The notes under the pieces were generated by a model. It was not told where the DNA came from and ran no database searches. It saw only the letters and a program-made list of their open reading frames with translations. A DNA stretch of 64,000 bases. Source: an uncultured Treponema sp. GTDB lineage: Bacteria; Spirochaetota; Spirochaetia; Treponematales; Treponemataceae. Location of the stretch: NCBI GenBank assembly GCA_946625725.1, contig CAMOTL010000003.1, positions 733 through 64,732 on the forward strand, in the 5' to 3' direction. Positions 9,718 through 19,436 of the stretch are shown here, in pieces (position 1 is the first letter of the stretch; each line of letters begins with the position of its first letter). The translations under genes and the position numbers were made by a program.

Positions 9718-10608
9718 ATGGAATCAATTGAATTAATAAAAAGCGGACTTGATACAGTCCAGACACTTATTGAATATCTTGCAAAGGACGCAATTGGTTC
9801 TTCATTCCTGAATGAATATCTGATGAGCCGCAGTGCACAGTCAGAACAGGCTAAGGCACAGCAGCTGTCTCTTCAGAAACTCATTGATTCATCACAGGCG
9901 ATGGAACAGAGCACAAAAGAAATTGCGGAACGGGCAACCGACAACTCAAACCATATTGATATAATTTTTGGTGCGATTTCTGAACTGCGTTCTTCTGTGG
10001 ACAGAATCGAGCAGGAACATAAAACTTATATGGACCAGTTCCAGAGACTTTCTACCCAGATTGGTGATATTACAAAACTCATTGGTGATATTCAGAATAT
10101 TTCGGAACAGACAAACCTTCTGTCGTTTAACGCGTCAATCGAAGCGGCTCATGCGGGTTCTGCAGGTGCGGGCTTCCGTATCATCGCAAACGAAGTTAAA
10201 AAACTTTCCGAAAACACACATAAAACCACAGAACAGATTTTGAATAATGTGAATCTCCTTCATAATTCAATCACTGAACTTGAAGATGACACAAAACGCA
10301 ACAGCAAAAACCTGAGTGATTTGACAAAAGAAACCGACAACGCCCTTGAGCGCTTTAACCAGGTTAAGAATATGAACGCCGGAAACGACGCCAGCGTTCA
10401 GAAAATCACGGACAGCATTAACCAGAACGTTAAGGAAATCAATTCAATTATTGAACAGATTAAACAGAGTGAAGAAATGAATAAGGATAATGTTAATCTG
10501 TTTGCGGATTGTGCTTCGCGAAACCAGATGCTGTTCAACGACCTTTATTCCCTCGTGTATGAGGTTAAGGCCGTTCTGCAGGACCTGCGTTCCAATCAGA
10601 ATCAGTAA
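9718..10608 (+). CDS. Soluble methyl-accepting chemotaxis protein (signalling domain only)
   Basis: [38 protein letters not shown]; no transmembrane segment. Confidence 0.9.
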   Translation: MESIELIKSGLDTVQTLIEYLAKDAIGSSFLNEYLMSRSAQSEQAKAQQLSLQKLIDSSQAMEQSTKEIAERATDNSNHIDIIFGAISELRSSVDRIEQEHKTYMDQFQRLSTQIGDITKLIGDIQNISEQTNLLSFNASIEAAHAGSAGAGFRIIANEVKKLSENTHKTTEQILNNVNLLHNSITELEDDTKRNSKNLSDLTKETDNALERFNQVKNMNAGNDASVQKITDSINQNVKEINSIIEQIKQSEEMNKDNVNLFADCASRNQMLFNDLYSLVYEVKAVLQDLRSNQNQ

Positions 10609-11219
10609 GTGTCCTTATCCATCTTCTGAAACTGAGCAATTACATCCTCAACCCGACTGATTTCGCGGTTGAGGATTTTTTTATAATCAAGGTCTTTTGT
10701 TGCAATTCTTTCCCGCTCGTCTTCCCAGTACTGTACGTCTGTCAGAATCCGGAACTGAAATTCCGTTACATTCGCTTTTTCTGCCCATAGCTGTGCTTCC
10801 TGCCAGTAGTAGAGGCCTGCCTTGTAGCATGCGAGGGTTTTGTTCAGGTTTTCGATGTATAAGTCTTTCCACGGTGCGTCGTAAAAATGTGCCGTCTTTT
10901 TGTCGTAGGTTCTTCCCAGGCGCAGATGCTGTTCAATCAGTTTAAGATTTATATGCATCATAAAGAGATAGCGGTATTTTTCCCAGTCTTTTTCGTCTTC
11001 AATTTTACAGGTCGCGTAAAGCGGATTGCAGAAATCTGCCTTAACTGACTGCTCAAGCCAGTAGATGTTTTCCATCACGTCATCCGGATACTGCTGGTAA
11101 TGAACATGAAAAAGACGGTAATAGTCTTCCTTGTATTTGACCATGTAGGCAGAGGAAGTCTGGGTATTTATAAAAATAAATGCGGCTGCAAAAAGCGCAG
11201 AAAAAAGTTTCTTTTTCAC
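10602..11219 (-). CDS. Exported hypothetical protein
   Basis: 205-aa ORF; signal peptide [24 protein letters not shown]; downstream of tmk on the same strand. Confidence 0.7.
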   Translation of the reverse strand: MKKKLFSALFAAAFIFINTQTSSAYMVKYKEDYYRLFHVHYQQYPDDVMENIYWLEQSVKADFCNPLYATCKIEDEKDWEKYRYLFMMHINLKLIEQHLRLGRTYDKKTAHFYDAPWKDLYIENLNKTLACYKAGLYYWQEAQLWAEKANVTEFQFRILTDVQYWEDERERIATKDLDYKKILNREISRVEDVIAQFQKMDKDTY

Positions 11220-11259
11220 AATCTGATTATCGGAAAAAGAGACCTGCAGATTAAGATTT

Positions 11260-11886
11260 TTATCTCAAAAAGACAGGTTCAAGAACGCTCAGAATCTGTT
11301 TTTCCACTTCGTCAGGGCTCTTTGTGGCATCGACGATGATTATGTTCATCCCGGTGTTTTTGTCCTGATACTCTTTGATAATGTCTTCGTAACGCTTTTC
11401 TGTGGCCTGAAGAAAGTCCAGCTTTTCGTAAATTTCGATTACGTCACGGTTCTGTATGCGCTGGAGGCTGATTTTAGGGTCAATTTTAAAAAAGAAAAGG
11501 AATTCGGGGAGGGGAAACTGACCGTTTAAGACGCGGGGAAGTTCTTCTCCGCAGGTCACTCCCTGATATGCCAGGCTTGAAAAAAGAAATCTGTCGCTGA
11601 TAACGACTTTTCCCTGAGAGCATTTGTGTTGGATTCCGCAGTCTGATGTTGAAGAGCCCCATAAGTGTTCGGCCCGGTCTGCGGCAAAAAGGTATGCGCA
11701 GGTGCGAGGGTCAACCTTAAGGTCACCGCTTAAAACCCGGCGTAAAAATTTTCCTGTAACGGACTCTGTAGGTTCTGCAGAAACTTCCAGTCTGTCACTG
11801 TATTTTCCTGATAAAAGACGCTTTAGCTGTGTGGAAGTTCCGGCACCGTCAATGCCTTCAAAGACTACAAAGTTTTTTAATATCAT
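11260..11886 (-). CDS. tmk: Thymidylate kinase
   Basis: FEGIDGAGTSTQ P-loop, LFAADRAEH, DRFLFSSLAYQG; ATG 11886 after GAGGGG. Confidence 0.93.
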   Translation of the reverse strand: MILKNFVVFEGIDGAGTSTQLKRLLSGKYSDRLEVSAEPTESVTGKFLRRVLSGDLKVDPRTCAYLFAADRAEHLWGSSTSDCGIQHKCSQGKVVISDRFLFSSLAYQGVTCGEELPRVLNGQFPLPEFLFFFKIDPKISLQRIQNRDVIEIYEKLDFLQATEKRYEDIIKEYQDKNTGMNIIIVDATKSPDEVEKQILSVLEPVFLR

Positions 11887-12012
11887 ATTATTATATCCCC
11901 TCAATCCGGCTACTAAATTTTCCGATAATGAAATAGAATTGTATCCATCTCTGGACTACAGTGGTTTTTTAAGGAATTCCATTTTGCCACGAAATGAAGA
12001 CAATTTAAAGTC

Positions 12013-15000
12013 ATGAAGTCTCGTTTTTTAAAGACAAGTATCGCAGGAATTATTTTTCTCACTCTTGTAATCGGCGTGATTGCACTTATTCAGCCGGTTT
12101 ATAAAAACGTGCTCAAATTCATGAACGGCGAGCAGAACCGCATTGTCCACATGATTAACGAACGCACCGGCCTGAGCATTTCCTACGAATCCCTGTCTCC
12201 GTCGGTATTTTCCGGCATCAACATCCGCGGAATCATGCTGCAGAGCCCTGATAAAACAAAGACCTTCCTGGAAGTAAAGCACGCTTCAATTTCGTACCGC
12301 ATACTGGACTTTTTGCGCGGAAGTGCAATTTCTGCTATCAGAAAGGTTGAACTTGACGGTGTTTCCCTGGAGTACGATGCAGTAAAAGACAGCGAAGCCC
12401 TCCAGACACTGATGAACCTGTTTAATTCAAAACCGGAAAAATCAAAACAGAAAAACAGCACGCCCCTTTCGGAAATTGAACTTCCCTTTGATGTTGAATT
12501 AAAAAACCTGAGCCTTCATTATGCTGACAGCATCAACGACTTCCGTGCCGGAATCAAGACTGTCCTTTTTGAACGCAGCCTGAGAAAAGAAGACGGAATT
12601 AAAATCAAGACAAACGGACGCCTCGATTACACTAACGAACTTCTGAAGGCTGAGGGAAGGCGGGCACTTGCTTCCTGCGCAATTGAAGTTACGGGAACAG
12701 TCTTTCATAACTGGGACGGAAGTTCCATTGTTTTAAGAATCTTTGAAAACCCGCGGGCAGACTTTACTCTGAGCCGCATTGACTTCCTTCTGAACTACGG
12801 TTCAAAAAAGTTGAATTTTAAAACCGCCCACACAAACATTCCGTTTTCCGTAAATGCGGAAGCCGATTTTAATTCAAATCTCCTGAGCCTTCACGCAAAT
12901 GCAGACAAACTTGATTTATTCAAGGTGCTGAAGGTTAAAAAATCATCATACGCCCTGTCGGATTTTGCCGGAACAAATGTGACACTACGTGCCGGCCTTG
13001 AATCAAAATTCAATCCGGATGCCGGCTCGCTGGATTCAATTGAATATGCAGTTGATATGGGCACCCAGTTATTCAATAAAAAACTAAGCGGTCCAATCCT
13101 CGTAAAGGCAGATGTGCTGGGAAACCAAAATAATGTTACTGTCAGAAACTTCTCTGCCCTGGGAAAGCAGATTGACGCAAAGTTTACGGGTTCTTACGAC
13201 ATAAAAAACATGCAGCCATCGGGCGTTCTTGAACTTCCCCGCCTGGAACTTTCAAACGGTGGTGTTCTTCAGACAGAAGTTTATATCGATCCCCTCAAAA
13301 AAGGCTTTATGTGCTTTGCTCCTCAGTTTTTTATGGACGACCGCAGTCTGACTGCCATTGCACTTACTGTCCTGCCGTCCACAAATTCCGTGGACTTTAG
13401 TTTTGAATTTGACGATTACTCCCACTCGGACTATGAAAAAAGTGGTCACGTAAAAATTGACGGAAGTTACCTTGCAGGAAAAAATAAATCGGTTCAGATT
13501 TCGGCATCCATGGACGACATGTTTTTGGACAGCGTGGTTCTCTCTTCGGCCTTTTTCATGCAGGGCGGTTTAAGTTCAACACTTAAAAACAGTGCATCAT
13601 CCTTAAGTTCATACATTTTTTCCAACGAAATATATTTTACTTCTGATTTTAAAAGTTTCAGCTTTAACGCGCCGTTTTTCCTCTTTGCCAACACAAAGCA
13701 GGAAAGACAGCTCATTTCTTTTTCTGCCGACGGTTCAAATCAGACCGCGAGCCTTTCAAACCTGGACATACAGTTTGGTGAGCATACGGCACATGCAAGC
13801 GCCGGAATTGATTTTTCTGACGGCTTTAATAACTTTAACTTTTTCTCAGACATCACAGTCAACTCCCTGCCATACCGCCTGAACGGCTCCTACGGTTCAA
13901 ATTGGCTGAGCGTGAGCGGCGATTATAATTTTGACGCCACCGTTCAGTTTGCGGATTCAATTACTGGTTCCGTTCAGTTTGCCTCCCTGCCTTTCTCTGC
14001 AGGAAAGTCGATTTTTGCCTTTTCTACTGCCACAACCTTTGCATTCAGCAGAGAAGACGGCATTTCCCTTGAAATCGGTGACTTTGAAGTTGACGAGCCT
14101 TCGGGACTTCTTTCCTTTAAGCCTCATCTTGCTTTTTCAGGCCGCGCAAACCGTTACGGCTTTGTTTTTGATAACCTTGTTTATTCCGACACCGTATCCG
14201 CCCTGGGCGGAAATGCAAACCTTTTGTGGAACCTCAACGACGGAATCTTTGATTCGATTATTTTTGATTTGAACGCAAAGAGCCTTCTTGGAAAAGAAGC
14301 TGTGGTTTTGAACGCAAGGTTCAATAATCCCCAGGCCCTGCCGTTCTCAATCGACGCTGTTAAAAACGACTTTTACCTGTCTTCAGAGGGCAGTGTAAAG
14401 GCATTTAACGCGGGGCACTTTATGAGCGATCAGAACGGTGACAACACACTGAACGGTGAATTTTCTGCTTCGGGAACCCTGAGCAATCCCTTTGTCACTT
14501 TGAATGTCGCCAGGTCTTCCGTAAACTTTGGCGGCTATCCTGCAGTTTTCTACGGCGGAATCGTTTATGACGATTCAGGACTTAACGCAAGCGGCATCAA
14601 CCTTAACTGGGGTAATTTTAAGGCAGAAGATGTTTCCCTTAACTTTGACACTAAGTCTCTGGAAGGCTCACTTGAATGTGATTTGTCCGGTTCATTGATT
14701 AATTACGACTTTAACATTCCCCTCAAGGCAAGCATAGGCGGAATCTCTTCACTTAATAAACCTGATACTTTTGTAATCAGCGCATCTTCGGAAAAAATGA
14801 GCGGTTCCTTCTTCCCGACTGACCAGAAATTCAGTCTTGTGGCTACAAAAACGCCTGGTCAGATGGACATCGTTTGTGACGGACCTCTCGGCTTTAACGC
14901 AAATATCATGGACGGCGGCATTATCAGCGCAAAATCTTCTCCGTCTTCCGTAATCGATTTTACTGTAAACGGAATGGTTGCAAACAATAACCTGGACATA

Positions 15001-16419
15001 AACGTAACCGGAATCAATTCGAACCTCAAAAAGTTTTCAAACGCAATACAGATTCCTTACGTAACCTTTATCGAAGGCACTTTGAACGGCGCCGTTAAAA
15101 TTACTGGCATTACCACTGACCCTGAATTTACAGGCGCTGTTACTGTCACTAAACCTGAATTCTATGTTCCGTACGTTTCAAAGAGACTTTTCAGAAGTGA
15201 CAGGGTTTTTGCCGTGGCAGGCCAGAACCAGTTTACCGTAAAACCGACAAAATTCACCCTTGATAAAAACCCGGTAGATGTGGGACTTAATATCGTTTTT
15301 GACCGCTGGGGAATCGACTCAATGGACGTAAGCGTAGTTACTGATAAGAATCAGTACGTTCCTGTGGATATGCAATTCCCGTTTGTGCATTATAAGGGTA
15401 ACGCAGGCTTTAACCTGAACATAAATCTTGTTCCCATGACAGTCAGTTTAACCGGCGAAATCCGCGGACAAAAGGCAGATATTGAATTTGTTGTGGATAA
15501 TTCCATTCAGTCAGAAGAAAAAGATGAAATAGACTCAATGGATTTCCTTGTGGATCTCGACCTTCATGTGGGAAACCGCGTTCAGGTTCTGTTCAATCCG
15601 CTTTTGCGCGGGGTAGTTGTGCCTGATACGGACTTAAAGCTTTCACTTGATACAAGGACCGAAAGCCTTGCCTTTAAGGGACAGATAAGTCTGCGGGGAG
15701 GAGAAATCGTATGGTTGAACCGAAACTTCTACATGAAAGAAGGTGCGATGGTATTCAACGAAACTCAGGACAACTTTGATCCTCGCCTTACAGTCCGTGC
15801 CGAAACACGGGAGCGCGATGAGGCAGGTAACCAGGTTACAATTACCCTGAGTGTAATCAATCAGACAATAAGTCAGTTCAACCCGAGATTTACTGCAACT
15901 CCTGCAAAAAGCGAAAAAGAAATTTATGAACTTCTGGGGCAGGTTGTGTCCGCCGATTCAGAAAATGCCGCTATTCTTGCCATGGCAGGCGGTGATTATC
16001 TTGTTCAGGCAACGGTTATGCGCGGAGTAGAAAATGCGTTGCGTGAACTGACGAATTTTGATATATTTTCAATACGTACGAATATTCTTCAGAATGCCGT
16101 TAAGCAGAGTTTTGATAAAAATTCGACAAATAATCAGCTTACAGTTGGTAACTTTTTTGACAACTCGGCTGTTTATGTAGGTAAGTACTTTGGCAGTGCT
16201 ATGTATGTTGATGCGCTGATGCACTGGACCTACGACGAAACAAAACTTGGAGATGACACTTCAGTCAGCGGCCTGGTATTCCAGCCGGAATTTGGTCTTG
16301 AAATGGCTTCGCCTTATGTTAATATTCGTCTCGGTGTTGCACCGGATTTGGAAGCAATTCAAAAAAGTTTGTGGATGCCTTCAACCTCTATAACACTGTC
16401 ATGGAAACATTCTTTCTAA
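12013..16419 (+). CDS. tamB: TamB/AsmA-family translocation and assembly protein
   Basis: 1468 aa; N-terminal membrane anchor; beta-rich body; C-terminal DUF490-like region (FDPRLTVRAETRE); directly upstream of bamA. Confidence 0.8.
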   Translation: MKSRFLKTSIAGIIFLTLVIGVIALIQPVYKNVLKFMNGEQNRIVHMINERTGLSISYESLSPSVFSGINIRGIMLQSPDKTKTFLEVKHASISYRILDFLRGSAISAIRKVELDGVSLEYDAVKDSEALQTLMNLFNSKPEKSKQKNSTPLSEIELPFDVELKNLSLHYADSINDFRAGIKTVLFERSLRKEDGIKIKTNGRLDYTNELLKAEGRRALASCAIEVTGTVFHNWDGSSIVLRIFENPRADFTLSRIDFLLNYGSKKLNFKTAHTNIPFSVNAEADFNSNLLSLHANADKLDLFKVLKVKKSSYALSDFAGTNVTLRAGLESKFNPDAGSLDSIEYAVDMGTQLFNKKLSGPILVKADVLGNQNNVTVRNFSALGKQIDAKFTGSYDIKNMQPSGVLELPRLELSNGGVLQTEVYIDPLKKGFMCFAPQFFMDDRSLTAIALTVLPSTNSVDFSFEFDDYSHSDYEKSGHVKIDGSYLAGKNKSVQISASMDDMFLDSVVLSSAFFMQGGLSSTLKNSASSLSSYIFSNEIYFTSDFKSFSFNAPFFLFANTKQERQLISFSADGSNQTASLSNLDIQFGEHTAHASAGIDFSDGFNNFNFFSDITVNSLPYRLNGSYGSNWLSVSGDYNFDATVQFADSITGSVQFASLPFSAGKSIFAFSTATTFAFSREDGISLEIGDFEVDEPSGLLSFKPHLAFSGRANRYGFVFDNLVYSDTVSALGGNANLLWNLNDGIFDSIIFDLNAKSLLGKEAVVLNARFNNPQALPFSIDAVKNDFYLSSEGSVKAFNAGHFMSDQNGDNTLNGEFSASGTLSNPFVTLNVARSSVNFGGYPAVFYGGIVYDDSGLNASGINLNWGNFKAEDVSLNFDTKSLEGSLECDLSGSLINYDFNIPLKASIGGISSLNKPDTFVISASSEKMSGSFFPTDQKFSLVATKTPGQMDIVCDGPLGFNANIMDGGIISAKSSPSSVIDFTVNGMVANNNLDINVTGINSNLKKFSNAIQIPYVTFIEGTLNGAVKITGITTDPEFTGAVTVTKPEFYVPYVSKRLFRSDRVFAVAGQNQFTVKPTKFTLDKNPVDVGLNIVFDRWGIDSMDVSVVTDKNQYVPVDMQFPFVHYKGNAGFNLNINLVPMTVSLTGEIRGQKADIEFVVDNSIQSEEKDEIDSMDFLVDLDLHVGNRVQVLFNPLLRGVVVPDTDLKLSLDTRTESLAFKGQISLRGGEIVWLNRNFYMKEGAMVFNETQDNFDPRLTVRAETRERDEAGNQVTITLSVINQTISQFNPRFTATPAKSEKEIYELLGQVVSADSENAAILAMAGGDYLVQATVMRGVENALRELTNFDIFSIRTNILQNAVKQSFDKNSTNNQLTVGNFFDNSAVYVGKYFGSAMYVDALMHWTYDETKLGDDTSVSGLVFQPEFGLEMASPYVNIRLGVAPDLEAIQKSLWMPSTSITLSWKHSF

Positions 16420-16470
16420 AATTGAATGCATGGTAAATTAAACATTTTTATCAATGCTCCAGGAGTTATT

Positions 16471-18903
16471 ATGTCCTTTCGACGCCTAAAAATTGCGTTT
16501 GTTTTATGTGCCGCTTTCTTGGTATGCACACCTTCCTTTGTTTTTGCACAGGATAATTCTTCAACTGAATCAGACTCTGACTGGTATTATGGCAAGTTAA
16601 TCAAATCCGTTACCTTTAAAAATTTAAAACATGTAGACGCCAAGGAAGTTGACGGCGTTACTTCAAGCTATATCGGACGCCGCTTTACAGACGAAATCTT
16701 CAGCGAACTTTTGGACAGAATTTACGCTATGGATCTGTTTGAAGAAGTTAACCCGGAAGCACTTCCTGGAGATGCAAGAAAAAACACTGTTGCAATCGTA
16801 TTTTCAGTAACTGAACGCCCGTCCGTAACAAAAGTTACTTTCCGGGGCAACAGGCAGATTCGTACGACAGAACTTAAGGAAGCAACTTCCCTCAAGGAAA
16901 AGGACGTATTTGTAGAAAGCAAGGTTTTGATTGATGAACGCGCCGTTCGCGATGTTTACCTTGAAAAAGGTTATACAAATGCCAAGGTTGTTGCAGAAAC
17001 AAAACGCACTGAAAAGGGCGTGGAAATCACATTTAAGATTGACGAAGGCCGTTCAACCGTAATTTCTTCGATTAAGTTCCGGGGAAACAAGGTTGTGTCT
17101 GCAAAGACTCTCAAAGGCAAGCTCAAACTCAAGGAAGTCGGTCTTATCCATAAGGGTGCCTTCCAGGAATCTGAACTGGAAGCAGACAAACAGGCAATTC
17201 TTTCATACTATCAGAATATCGGTTATATCGACGCTGAAATCCTCGACGTTACAAAAGAGATGTCAGTCAACGAAAAGAAAAACCGTGATGAACTTTCAAT
17301 TACCTTTGTTATTCAGGAAGGTTCCCAGTACACATTCGGCGGAATGGATTTTAAGGGAAACATCATCTTCTCTGACGAAAAACTTAATTCACTTGTTAAA
17401 CTCAAGACAGGCGGCATATTCAACCAGTCAAAGTATCAGGAAACTGTAATGGCCATCGCTGACCTTTACTATGAAAACGGTTATACTTCAAACCGCTTTC
17501 AGCCGATGCCGTCAAAGGACGCTGACAACAAGGTAATTTCCTTTACCTTCCACATCGTTGAAAGTGTACGAAGCCACGTTGAAAGCGTTGTAATCAAGGG
17601 AAATTCAAAAACAAAGGAATATGTTATCCGCCGCGAAATTCCAATCGAAGCAGGTGACATTTTCTCCAAGGCAAAAATCACAACAGGTTTGAGAAACCTT
17701 TATAACCTTCAGTACTTCAGTGCTGTTGTTCCAGATGTAGTTGCAGGTTCTGAAGAAAACCTCGTAAACCTTATCTTCTCTGTTGACGAACAGTCTACTA
17801 CTTCAATTGAATTCGGCGTTACTTTCTCGGGCGTTTCTGATCCTGATGACCTTCCCTTCGCACTGTTCGTAAAGTGGCAGGATTCAAACTTCCGCGGAAC
17901 CGGTAAGTCTGTCAGCCTCGGTTCAACTGTTGCAACGGATGAACAGTCGATTACATTAAGTTACGGCGAAAACTGGCTCTGGGGACTTCCGATTTCAACT
18001 TCAATCAGCACAAGTTTTTCCCACGCAAATATGAGTGCCCTCCGTCTTAAGGTATTCCCTGACGGAACAATTGATGATTCAAACTATTACATGGACTACG
18101 AACAGTGGCAGTGGAGCCTTGGTCTTTCCCTCGGACACCGCTGGACTCCTGTCTGGGCAATCATCTCGCTTTCTGGCGGTATTTCGGGCAGCCTTCTCAA
18201 CAACCAGTACGATACAGATCTGCTCACACCGGTTGATTCAACAATCAGTGATTATGCAAATGAATGGGGATTCCAGAACTCTGTATGGGCCGCATTCTCA
18301 ATCGATGACCGCGACATCAACTACGATCCTTCAAAGGGATGGTTTGCAAGTCAGAGACTTACATGGTACGGTCTTACACCGCTCGAAACTGAATTCTTCC
18401 TCCGTTCCGATACCAAACTTGAAAAATACTTTACACTGTTTGACCTTCCTGTTACTGACACATGGAACTGGAAGCTTGTTCTTGCAGGTTACTCAGGTCT
18501 GAGCATGCTCTTCCCGAGACTTAACAGCGGAATCGGTAACACAAGCAAACTCTACATCGACGGTATGTTCAACGGCCGCGGATGGACAAATATTTACAAT
18601 AAAAACCGCGGTAAGGCAATGTGGTCCAGCTACCTGGAACTGCGCATGCCGATTGTTCCGGGCGTAATCGCTCTGGATTGGTTTGGAGACGCAGCGGTTA
18701 TAAAAGATACACCCCATGCTCTGTTCAACGATTTGAGTGTTCAGGATTTCTACTTCAGTACAGGACCGGGCCTGCGCTTCTCGATTCCGCAGTTCCCGCT
18801 CAGACTGTTGTTTGCCAACACATTCCGTGTTAACGAAAATGATAATATCGAAAGATACAAGAACTGGAAGTTCGTACTTTCATTTAACATTACAAACAAA
18901 TAA
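16471..18903 (+). CDS. bamA: Outer membrane protein assembly factor BamA
   Basis: Signal peptide; POTRA repeats (FRGNRQI, GNSKTKEYVIRRE, LYNLQYFS); beta-barrel ending in FVLSF; AGGAG SD before ATG 16471. Confidence 0.93.
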   Translation: MSFRRLKIAFVLCAAFLVCTPSFVFAQDNSSTESDSDWYYGKLIKSVTFKNLKHVDAKEVDGVTSSYIGRRFTDEIFSELLDRIYAMDLFEEVNPEALPGDARKNTVAIVFSVTERPSVTKVTFRGNRQIRTTELKEATSLKEKDVFVESKVLIDERAVRDVYLEKGYTNAKVVAETKRTEKGVEITFKIDEGRSTVISSIKFRGNKVVSAKTLKGKLKLKEVGLIHKGAFQESELEADKQAILSYYQNIGYIDAEILDVTKEMSVNEKKNRDELSITFVIQEGSQYTFGGMDFKGNIIFSDEKLNSLVKLKTGGIFNQSKYQETVMAIADLYYENGYTSNRFQPMPSKDADNKVISFTFHIVESVRSHVESVVIKGNSKTKEYVIRREIPIEAGDIFSKAKITTGLRNLYNLQYFSAVVPDVVAGSEENLVNLIFSVDEQSTTSIEFGVTFSGVSDPDDLPFALFVKWQDSNFRGTGKSVSLGSTVATDEQSITLSYGENWLWGLPISTSISTSFSHANMSALRLKVFPDGTIDDSNYYMDYEQWQWSLGLSLGHRWTPVWAIISLSGGISGSLLNNQYDTDLLTPVDSTISDYANEWGFQNSVWAAFSIDDRDINYDPSKGWFASQRLTWYGLTPLETEFFLRSDTKLEKYFTLFDLPVTDTWNWKLVLAGYSGLSMLFPRLNSGIGNTSKLYIDGMFNGRGWTNIYNKNRGKAMWSSYLELRMPIVPGVIALDWFGDAAVIKDTPHALFNDLSVQDFYFSTGPGLRFSIPQFPLRLLFANTFRVNENDNIERYKNWKFVLSFNITNK

Positions 18904-18914
18904 TGGAGTTTTGT

Positions 18915-19430
18915 ATGAAAAAGATTATTTTAGCACTCAGCCTTGCTTTGTTTCTGGCTCCTTTCAGTTTTGCACAGCAGATTACACGCTTTGGAGTAGT
19001 GGACACTGCCCGTGTTTATCAGGCTTACTTCAGGAATTCTGCTCCGGTTCGTAATTATGAATCAAAAAAGGCTGAATTCCAGAATGAAATCAACAAAAAA
19101 ACAGAAGAAATTCAAAACCTTAAAAACCAGAAGGTTGATTACCAGAAAAACGGTAATGACGCTGCTGTAGTCCGCCTTGAAGGTGAAATTACACGCAAAA
19201 CGGATCTTCTGACAGAATACGCAAACGCAAAGAATGTGGAACTTGAATCCCTTAAAAAGACTTTGCAGAACTCGGATTCATTCTATAAAAAACTTTACAA
19301 CGTGCTTGAACGCGTTGCAGAAAACGAAGGATATTCAATGATTATGAGCCTCCAGCAGGCAAATGCAGTGCTCTGGTACAGCCCTTCCGTAGATATCACG
19401 GAAAAAGTAATCGCTGAATTAGGAATGTAA
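18915..19430 (+). CDS. skp: Skp/OmpH periplasmic chaperone
   Basis: Signal peptide, FGVVD, coiled coil, VDITEKVI; GGAG SD before ATG 18915; follows bamA. Confidence 0.88.
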   Translation: MKKIILALSLALFLAPFSFAQQITRFGVVDTARVYQAYFRNSAPVRNYESKKAEFQNEINKKTEEIQNLKNQKVDYQKNGNDAAVVRLEGEITRKTDLLTEYANAKNVELESLKKTLQNSDSFYKKLYNVLERVAENEGYSMIMSLQQANAVLWYSPSVDITEKVIAELGM

Positions 19431-19436
19431 TTTTTT

